A stretch of DNA of 11,925 bases, from IMG/VR virus record IMGVR_UViG_3300045988_126893, positions 1 through 11,925 of that record, one strand, 5' to 3'. This DNA comes from a virus. The position numbers were made by a program, and so were the translations under genes. Under the pieces are notes generated by a model. That model was not told the DNA's origin, did no database searches, and saw only the letters and a program-made list of their open reading frames with translations. Shown in pieces: positions 7,183 to 11,925 of this stretch. Position 1 is the stretch's first letter. Each line of letters begins with the position of its first letter.

Positions 7183-7684
7183 GTGTTAGCCCTCCGTTCT
7201 CTGCTGTTCCTTGATTACTTCCACCTCCTGCCACATTTAGCACAAAGTTGTAACTATTTGCTGTGGCGGTATCTAAATTAAAATCACCTCCGGTAAACTC
7301 AATTACTTTAATTTCCTTATTACCTTTTAATGGTAACATTGTATCGGGAATGTATGTACTGCCTATGTTTTCGTTTCTAGTCACTAGAAACGTGCTGGAT
7401 AGTAGCACGTTTCGGTATGTGTGCAGAACGTCCAGTCTGCAGTGTATCAATATCGTGTTTGCGGTTTCGACTGTTTGACCCGTTACAAAATAGTACCTAT
7501 CAAAAAATGATATGTAGCAGTAGTTAGCGTTGAATGTTTCAGATGTACACCTAACACGTAACGTAGGTGTTACCATTTCAGCACTATCTAACAACTGGCA
7601 CGTGTAATCTATCTGATTAGTCAATGTTTTTGTAATCGTTCGTGGGTCATCTGCCGTGTGATATGTGTTTAGTATAAATGCCAT
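7169..7684 (-). CDS. Tail knob / distal tube protein, N-terminal domain encoded as a separate 171-aa gene
   Basis: AGGGGTGA lies 4 nt before the ATG at 7684. The track start at 7702 has no SD. PTLRVRCTSETFNANYCYISFFDRYYFVTGQTVETANTILIHCRLDVLHTYRNVLLSSTFLVTRNE aligns with remembered gp9 [72 protein letters not shown]. Confidence 0.6.
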   Translation of the reverse strand: MAFILNTYHTADDPRTITKTLTNQIDYTCQLLDSAEMVTPTLRVRCTSETFNANYCYISFFDRYYFVTGQTVETANTILIHCRLDVLHTYRNVLLSSTFLVTRNENIGSTYIPDTMLPLKGNKEIKVIEFTGGDFNLDTATANSYNFVLNVAGGGSNQGTAENGGLTHEIK

Positions 7685-7706
7685 ATTTTCACCCCTATTC
7701 AAATAT

Positions 7707-7734
7707 TAGCAGGGATATTATTATACCCCTGCTA
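7707..7734 (-). terminator. Hairpin directly after the capsid gene. Probable leaky terminator or attenuator.
   Basis: On the minus strand the sequence reads TAGCAGGG, a 12-nt loop, CCCTGCTA (an 8-bp stem), then AUAUUUG. It lies 12 nt after the MCP stop. Confidence 0.45.
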
Positions 7735-7745
7735 TATTATAGATT

Positions 7746-8900
7746 TTATGCCGCGTCATCGATAACAAACACAATGCAGTTTTCTGCCGTATCGTTCATG
7801 TACATAGCATCCCATTTATAATAGAATTTGGTTGTTTCATTGCTAGGGTTATAGAATGATGTTACCCTATAGTTTTCGCAACAAACCATTGCCGCGTCCC
7901 TATCAAACAGAACACCTACAACACCATTCTGGGTTACTGCCGTTTCAGAACCCTCGATAGTGACGTCAATTTTACTAGCCTCAGCAAACGCAACGTTTTC
8001 ATCTGTGCCGGAACCCTGCCACCATGGAACCGTGTCATATGTGCCAACTTTTACCAAATCATCATGAAAAGTGTCCGCCTGCATATTGGTTATCATTGCC
8101 TTGTCAAATTGTGACAACAGTGTTAGGTGCTGATATTCGTACGGGGTAAATGTTACATATGATGTATCATTATACAACATTGACATTTCTGTGATATAAT
8201 CACGATATAGCTGTATCTGTGTAGCCGCATATCTTAGGAAATTTTTATCAGTCAGTGCCTTTTCAGCCGTCAGCGTTGCTTTATATGCTGTGTTGTATTC
8301 TGTCAGCAGATTTACAACGTTATTTTTGCTGTGAATTTTCTGCGCAATCAGGTTATTTACTGTACGTTTTGCCAGTGACGTATTATAGAACGCCATTGCA
8401 GAACGTATACGATTTTCAATGTTTGCAAAAAATGCGTTCATAGTGGCAGGACCTGCAAAACTTGATTTGACCTGCTCATAACCATATGATACCTTGGTTT
8501 CATATGTTATCCTCTTATTCCAGTATTTGGTTGAAACATTTGGCGGTGTAAAAACTGCGAAATCGTCATATTTGGTGCCTGCCACCAGTTTCCATGTATC
8601 GTTCTCTGTAGCCTTTGGCAAATCAACCCTGATTTTTTCCAAAACTGAACCATATTCCCAGTTATCACGGATAATGTCAGGTGCACCGCCCGTGTATTTG
8701 CGGTCAACGTTAATCACCCTGCCGACCTTATCCATAATTTTTTTGACGTAGTTGTCAACGCCCCCGTCAGTGGTCAGAACATTAGTGAACGATCTGCCGA
8801 TATCGACTATGTTTGACAGGTCTTCGTTGACCACAGCACCCTCGCCTATCATTTCCTTGGAAATTTCATTCAGAATGGTTGCTATCTGTGTTACTTTCAT
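7746..8900 (-). CDS. Major capsid protein, phi29 gp8-like HK97 fold without the C-terminal Ig-like domain, 384 aa
   Basis: AGGAG lies 9 nt before the ATG at 8900. The C-terminal block LFDRDAAMVCCENYRVTSFYNPSNETTKFYYKWDAMYMNDTAENCIVFV parallels remembered gp8 [49 protein letters not shown]. The central block also corresponds: MNAFFANIENRIRSA against FESFVSSIINAIYNSA. Confidence 0.8.
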   Translation of the reverse strand: MKVTQIATILNEISKEMIGEGAVVNEDLSNIVDIGRSFTNVLTTDGGVDNYVKKIMDKVGRVINVDRKYTGGAPDIIRDNWEYGSVLEKIRVDLPKATENDTWKLVAGTKYDDFAVFTPPNVSTKYWNKRITYETKVSYGYEQVKSSFAGPATMNAFFANIENRIRSAMAFYNTSLAKRTVNNLIAQKIHSKNNVVNLLTEYNTAYKATLTAEKALTDKNFLRYAATQIQLYRDYITEMSMLYNDTSYVTFTPYEYQHLTLLSQFDKAMITNMQADTFHDDLVKVGTYDTVPWWQGSGTDENVAFAEASKIDVTIEGSETAVTQNGVVGVLFDRDAAMVCCENYRVTSFYNPSNETTKFYYKWDAMYMNDTAENCIVFVIDDAA

Positions 8901-8922
8901 ACTACATTACTCCTTTTTTTGT

Positions 8923-9618
8923 TTAATATATTGACAAACAAATTAGATTTGCTATATCATTTACAAATTGTGATAGGGCTGAAAAATCAGCTATTTCACG
9001 TTCAGATTGTATCATCTGCTGTGACGTGGTTACACCGATGTTGCCACTGCGTTTAAATTCATGTGTGGTTTTTTCAGTTCCCGTTGTGGTTGTTTTACCC
9101 GTTGACGAATTTTCTGTGCTGGTTGTGGTAGTGGTATCTGCAGTACCCTTATTTTGGTTGATAAAATCTGCGGTGTTATCATAGGTTGTTACTGCAGATG
9201 TATTTGTGCTACTGTCTGTGGCGTTTCCGCTAGATGTTCCACTAGCAGTTGTATTTGAAACTAAATCAGGGGTTCGCACGTCCGTTCCGTTTTCGGTCAT
9301 GGAATAGTTTTCTATGGGGTTATATTCCAGTTTTTCCGTAGCTAACAGTTTATTGTATTTGGTCTGATAGGTACGGGCGAATATAATGCAATAGTTAGTC
9401 AGCTGTGCTATTGCGTTAGTAGTTTCCTGCATGGTTGTGGGGTATTTTTTAAACACCAATCGTTCAGCATTATACAGTTGAAATAAATCAAATATTTCTG
9501 CAGGGGTTTCGCTGAAATTAATGAACGTTTTTACACCGCTGAAAATATTTTTGAATGTTGATATATTTTCATTCCAGTAATCAACAGTCGCAAACCCGTA
9601 GTTATCTATTTCACACAT
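8923..9618 (-). CDS. Virion structural protein, candidate lower collar (head-tail tube connector), 231 aa with a Thr/Ser-rich central segment
   Basis: AAGGGGTGA lies 5 nt before the ATG at 9618. The track start at 9660 has no SD. The gene sits between the portal and MCP genes. The N-terminal part is helical-looking. The polar Thr/Ser-rich segment of about 75 aa (nt 9061-9291) is bracketed by YNPIENY and GNIGVTTSQQMI, which fits a long beta-hairpin tube. The assignment is inferential; a scaffold role is not excluded. Confidence 0.4.
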   Translation of the reverse strand: MCEIDNYGFATVDYWNENISTFKNIFSGVKTFINFSETPAEIFDLFQLYNAERLVFKKYPTTMQETTNAIAQLTNYCIIFARTYQTKYNKLLATEKLEYNPIENYSMTENGTDVRTPDLVSNTTASGTSSGNATDSSTNTSAVTTYDNTADFINQNKGTADTTTTTSTENSSTGKTTTTGTEKTTHEFKRSGNIGVTTSQQMIQSEREIADFSALSQFVNDIANLICLSIY

Positions 9619-9799
9619 TGCGGTCACCCCTTGCGGACTGTGTTCCAAAATAGAACGCAATGACTGTGGTATAGATGTTCAGCAGTTCATTCCCCGTTAT
9701 TCTGCCGTTCATTGTTATCACCATTACTGTTATCGTCAGCAGTAGCGTTACTATCGATTTCACTGTTATCAGTTTCACCAATTTGTCTTTGGTTGTCAT
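9611..9799 (-). CDS. 62-aa protein with two predicted TM segments (holin-like), overprinted on the portal 3' end
   Basis: AAAGGGGGG lies 7 nt before the ATG at 9799. Hydrophobic segments are IVTLLLTITVMVITM and LLNIYTTVIAFYFG, and the C-terminus is charged. It overlaps the portal by 113 nt in another frame and the next gene by 8 nt (ATGTGTGA). Confidence 0.4.
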   Translation of the reverse strand: MTTKDKLVKLITVKSIVTLLLTITVMVITMNGRITGNELLNIYTTVIAFYFGTQSARGDRNV

Positions 9800-10679
9800 T
9801 ATTTAGCCCCCCTTTCCATTCTTTTGAAAAATCAACCGATATATTTGTGTTGAACATTGTGTTGATTTTTTTAACTGATTCGCGCAGGTTGTTCAGCATA
9901 TCAATAACGTTGATTATCAAACATTCATCATTAACGGCTATTTCTTCGCCGCTGACGCGTTCGCGTTTCATGTTATAGTTTGCATTTACACCAATTGAAT
10001 GATAGAATTGTGCCAAAATATACTGGTTCAGTTCGACCAGTTCTTTAATGTACTGGGAACCGCCTGCAGTGCTTTCAATCATGGGGTTGATTTTTAACGC
10101 ATTGATTAAATCATTTAAAACAACCTCATAGGGGTCCCCATCATACATTCGTTGTATTGCGTTTTCGGCAGATATCTTCTGCGCCTGATTACCTGCAGTT
10201 ACTAGGGCGGTTATACGTGTATTGCGTTGCGCTATGTTTATTGATGAAATGTTATCAGCTAACAGTTGCGCAGTTGTGGATATTAACCCGAACAAACCGC
10301 CCGTTTCACCATTACTACATATTTTGTCAGTATCGGTTAGATACATTAAAACACCCGTTTTGTCTATATCTACTATTTTACTGCCTAGAATTGGATTTGC
10401 TATAATGAATTGTGACGGGTAGTAATAAACGTTAGGTTCGCCACCATAATTGCCGTTTAGTGCATACAGTTTCGAATTAAAATCAGTCCATATAACACGA
10501 CCCTGCGTAATTAGTGTTATTGCTAAAAAATTTTCGTCAACTGTTTCAGGTAGGTTCTCCCACGTGAACATATTTGTTACACGATTTAACAATGTTTTCA
10601 CATAGTAGTTATACATTGATTTTACCTTGTTGACCTTAACGCATTCAGGTAACCATTCCCGTGACTTGTCTTTGCTCAT
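9687..10679 (-). CDS. Portal / upper collar connector protein, phi29 gp10-like, 330 aa
   Basis: AAAGGGGTGA precedes the ATG at 10679. FTWENLPETVDENFLAITLITQG matches remembered gp10 [23 protein letters not shown]. Size is similar, and the N-terminus is basic. The C-terminal tail is Asn/Asp-rich and looks disordered. Confidence 0.85.
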   Translation of the reverse strand: MSKDKSREWLPECVKVNKVKSMYNYYVKTLLNRVTNMFTWENLPETVDENFLAITLITQGRVIWTDFNSKLYALNGNYGGEPNVYYYPSQFIIANPILGSKIVDIDKTGVLMYLTDTDKICSNGETGGLFGLISTTAQLLADNISSINIAQRNTRITALVTAGNQAQKISAENAIQRMYDGDPYEVVLNDLINALKINPMIESTAGGSQYIKELVELNQYILAQFYHSIGVNANYNMKRERVSGEEIAVNDECLIINVIDMLNNLRESVKKINTMFNTNISVDFSKEWKGGLNNDNQRQIGETDNSEIDSNATADDNSNGDNNERQNNGE

Positions 10680-10705
10680 TTTCTCACCCCTTTGTCTATC
10701 GACAG

Positions 10706-10732
10706 AACGTGGTAACTTTGTGTTACCACGTT
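10706..10732 (-). promoter_or_regulatory. Perfect 11-bp-stem hairpin or palindrome between the SSB and portal genes
   Basis: AACGTGGTAAC (10706-10716), a 5-nt loop and GTTACCACGTT (10722-10732). No U tract follows on either strand. Confidence 0.6.
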
Positions 10733-10746
10733 ACAGCCGATTGAAT

Positions 10747-11085
10747 TTACTGTATCTGTAGTGAATAGAATTCGCCGTTTTTAGATTTTCCTTTTACAAA
10801 TCTTACCTTTACTTCTTCGCCTGCGTTCAGACACTCGCTGAGAATATCTGCCAATTCGTCCATGTGGTCAATGCAAACCTTTGACGCGAACCCAAAAACG
10901 CCGACATCTGTTGCAATATATCCTATATCACATGGGGTCTGATTCCTATCCAAACCGCCATTTTCTACTACTGCGCATCCTGAAACAGTGTGCCACTCTG
11001 CCGCCTCTGCTGTTTTGATTGAAATACTACCGCTCTTTGCATTAAAAATATCCTTCTTGTTCATGTTGACATTAAAACCGTTCAT
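10747..11085 (-). CDS. Single-stranded DNA-binding protein, phi29 gp5-like, 112 aa
   Basis: AGAGGT lies 8 nt before the ATG at 11085. The C-terminus LADILSECLNAGEEVKVRFVKGKSKNGEFYSLQIQ matches remembered p5 LIDLVTRHKLETFKVKVVQGTSSKGNVFFSLQLSL. The N-terminal IFNAKSGS matches IFNAQTGG. Confidence 0.55.
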   Translation of the reverse strand: MNGFNVNMNKKDIFNAKSGSISIKTAEAAEWHTVSGCAVVENGGLDRNQTPCDIGYIATDVGVFGFASKVCIDHMDELADILSECLNAGEEVKVRFVKGKSKNGEFYSLQIQ

Positions 11086-11354
11086 TTTAATTTACCTCTT
11101 TCTGTTAAAATTTTGTAAATATTTGTCATACATTACAGGGTCAGTGCCAGCTCTTAATTTACTATAATAGGGGTCTGTCTATGCCTGCCTTGTATACACT
11201 CACTTAACCGCCATGTGTGTAAATTATCGTGCGTATGTAAAATCATACCTACAATTTTTCAATATTATATTATAATATTGGCGGTTTGGAATAGGGCTGA
11301 TTATTTATTCACGTCAACCCTGCGGACCGTGTGAAATCTATTAAATGTGGTTAC
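11086..11354 (-). ncRNA. Long non-coding leader, or a candidate structured RNA (pRNA-like), transcribed from the 11361-11389 promoter
   Basis: This is the largest non-coding stretch in the genome and has no SD-preceded ORF. It has a start-site hairpin (11342-11361) and a second hairpin at 11308-11335. An 8-bp long-range complement pairs 11206-11213 with 11279-11286. There is a 19-nt AT palindrome at 11261-11279. An AU-rich hairpin at 11114-11137 is followed by AAAAUUUU. RNA identity is hypothetical. Confidence 0.3.
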
Positions 11355-11361
11355 ACATTTA
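11342..11361 (-). promoter_or_regulatory. Inverted repeat at the predicted start site of the right-arm promoter
   Basis: AAATGTG (11343-11349) pairs with CACATTT (11354-11360) across a 4-nt loop, and one flanking T-A pair extends the stem. Confidence 0.4.
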
Positions 11362-11389
11362 GTATAACACATAAATAGTGAATTGTCAA
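11361..11389 (-). promoter_or_regulatory. Near-consensus SigA promoter with an extended -10, heading the right arm
   Basis: The minus strand reads TTGACA (11389-11384), a 17-nt spacer ending in TGt, then TATACT (11366-11361). It starts 2 nt after the stop of the ITR-R gene. Confidence 0.75.
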
Positions 11390-11391
11390 TG

Positions 11392-11697
11392 TTAAACTAT
11401 GTATTGTGATAAAACACTGCGTAGCATTGACATTGATATATTTGCATTGCCTAGATATGGGTATTCACAGTTGATACAGTCGCTAACATCATCGTAACGT
11501 CTGAACGTTATCCCGATATCGCAAAATATTTCATCTCCCATATTGCTTTGGGCAAACATATCATTTCTAATCAACATAACAGTGCTAGTTACGCAGTCAT
11601 ACCAAATATTAAATGATGTTCGTTTGTCAACTGGTATCTTGTTGTATCTACCTACAGTTTTTTTTATTCCTTTGATGTTCTTGCCGTTAATTTTCAT
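11392..11697 (-). CDS. ITR-encoded 101-aa protein, copy R (diverged paralogue of 229-534)
   Basis: It mirrors copy L exactly in position, with an identical SD and 5' region. It differs by 13 amino acids and 3 synonymous changes, and the ORF is intact. Confidence 0.8.
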   Translation of the reverse strand: MKINGKNIKGIKKTVGRYNKIPVDKRTSFNIWYDCVTSTVMLIRNDMFAQSNMGDEIFCDIGITFRRYDDVSDCINCEYPYLGNANISMSMLRSVLSQYIV

Positions 11698-11725
11698 ATT
11701 GTAACAACTCCTTAAATATCTGTTG

Positions 11726-11744
11726 TGTAATCTTAATGATTACA
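11726..11744 (-). promoter_or_regulatory. Mirror copy of the 7-bp inverted repeat at the ITR promoter start site
   Basis: Reverse complement of 182-200. Confidence 0.45.
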
Positions 11745-11749
11745 ATAAT

Positions 11750-11778
11750 ATTATACATCTGTCAATGGGTTTTTGCAA
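11750..11778 (-). promoter_or_regulatory. SigA-type promoter inside ITR-R, firing inward (mirror of 148-176)
   Basis: The sequence is identical to the left promoter because it lies in the perfect part of the ITR. Confidence 0.7.
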
Positions 11779-11925
11779 TAAACATTTTGTATTGTTTGTG
11801 TAATATTTTTATGTCTTTGTTTTGTTGTTTAACTAATTATGTTTGGTCCCACTTTATTGATTTAGCACTTTAGCATATTAAATCGTTTGGGGAAAATGTG
11901 AACAAGTTGTTAAATCTCATAGGTG

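Larger units (their letters stand above)
11392..11925. repeat. Right inverted terminal repeat (ITR-R), mirror image of 1-534
   Basis: Same hand alignment as for ITR-L. Position p pairs with 11926-p. Confidence 0.95.

Noticed and set aside
8931-8964. Plus-strand promoter-like TTGACA, 16 nt, then TATATC, antisense to the collar gene
   Set aside because: The -10 is imperfect, no downstream plus-strand gene exists, and a chance occurrence in AT-rich DNA is likely.
582-9660. Longer N-terminal extensions given in the ORF track (starts at 582, 770, 3544, 7702 and 9660)
   Set aside because: In each case an internal ATG has a strong SD at 4-12 nt, while the track start abuts or precedes the SD. Position 3544 remains a possible coupled start (ATGA overlap).
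5714-10422. Plus-strand and alternative-frame ORFs inside the tail, capsid, collar and portal genes (5714-5935, 6624-6860, 7263-7478, 8255-8443, 8494-8751, 8507-8707, 8752-8934, 9712-9978, 10157-10405, 10222-10422)
   Set aside because: They are antisense or out-of-frame shadows of genes with motif support, and none has a convincing SD. The only overlapping ORF I kept is 9611-9799, because of its strong SD and TM pattern.
11154-11246. 30-aa minus-strand ORF (MILHTHDNLHTWRLSECIQGRHRQTPIIVN) inside the non-coding island
   Set aside because: It has no usable SD; only TAGGT abuts the ATG. It could still be a leader peptide, so ribosome profiling should cover it.
11136-11322. 6-bp long-range complement (CAGGGT at 11136-11141 with ACCCTG at 11317-11322) as a closing helix of the candidate RNA
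   Set aside because: It is too short to be meaningful without folding energetics or covariation, so I mention it only as a lead.
1-11925. Mycoplasma-type genetic code 4, considered because of the resemblance in size to small mollicute podophages
   Set aside because: TGA is used as a stop for several well-delimited genes, such as the polymerase at 3545-3547 and the acidic ORF at 771-773. All genes are intact under the standard code, and strong SD sites fit a typical Bacillota host.
1-11925. Alternative identities for an ITR plus PolB element: tectivirus, linear plasmid, casposon or polinton-like transposon, or IS element
   Set aside because: A portal, an HK97-type gp8-like capsid protein, a gp16-like ATPase and a gp9-like tail knob indicate a tailed phi29-like virus. 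There is no double-jelly-roll capsid signature I recognise, no integrase, Cas1 or transposase, and no target-site duplication context.
1-11925. tRNA genes, CRISPR arrays and integrase or attachment sites
   Set aside because: I saw no cloverleaf-like segment, no regularly spaced direct repeats and no recombinase-like ORF on either strand.

Overview
The window begins and ends exactly at a 534-bp inverted terminal repeat (ITR). It therefore looks like one complete, AT-rich, linear dsDNA genome (11,925 bp) of a very small phi29-like podovirus that replicates by protein priming. Strong Gram-positive-type Shine-Dalgarno sites (AAGGAG, GGGGTGA) suggest a Bacillota host. Two gene arms converge at 5006-5094.

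The left arm (+) carries, in order:
- an ITR-encoded 101-aa gene
- an acidic 60-aa gene
- a candidate terminal protein
- a protein-primed family-B DNA polymerase
- a 110-aa unknown gene
- a phi29 gp16-like packaging ATPase

The right arm (-) carries, in order:
- a diverged second copy of the ITR gene
- a near-consensus promoter followed by a roughly 270-nt non-coding leader
- a phi29 gp5-like SSB
- a strong hairpin
- the portal
- a two-TM ORF overprinted on the portal 3' end
- a candidate lower collar
- a gp8-like major capsid protein
- a gp9-like tail knob split into two genes

I found no tRNA, CRISPR array, integrase, recognisable endolysin, scaffold gene or fibre gene. The points most worth a second look are:
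- the gene-bearing ITRs, whose two copies differ by a nonsynonymous-biased hypervariable patch
- the single large non-coding island, which may encode a pRNA or another structured RNA
- the split tail knob with a novel module of about 380 aa
- the overprinted holin-like ORF
- the extreme reduction of the virion and lysis gene set

All homology statements rest on my reading of motifs against remembered phi29 proteins. None is a database search.
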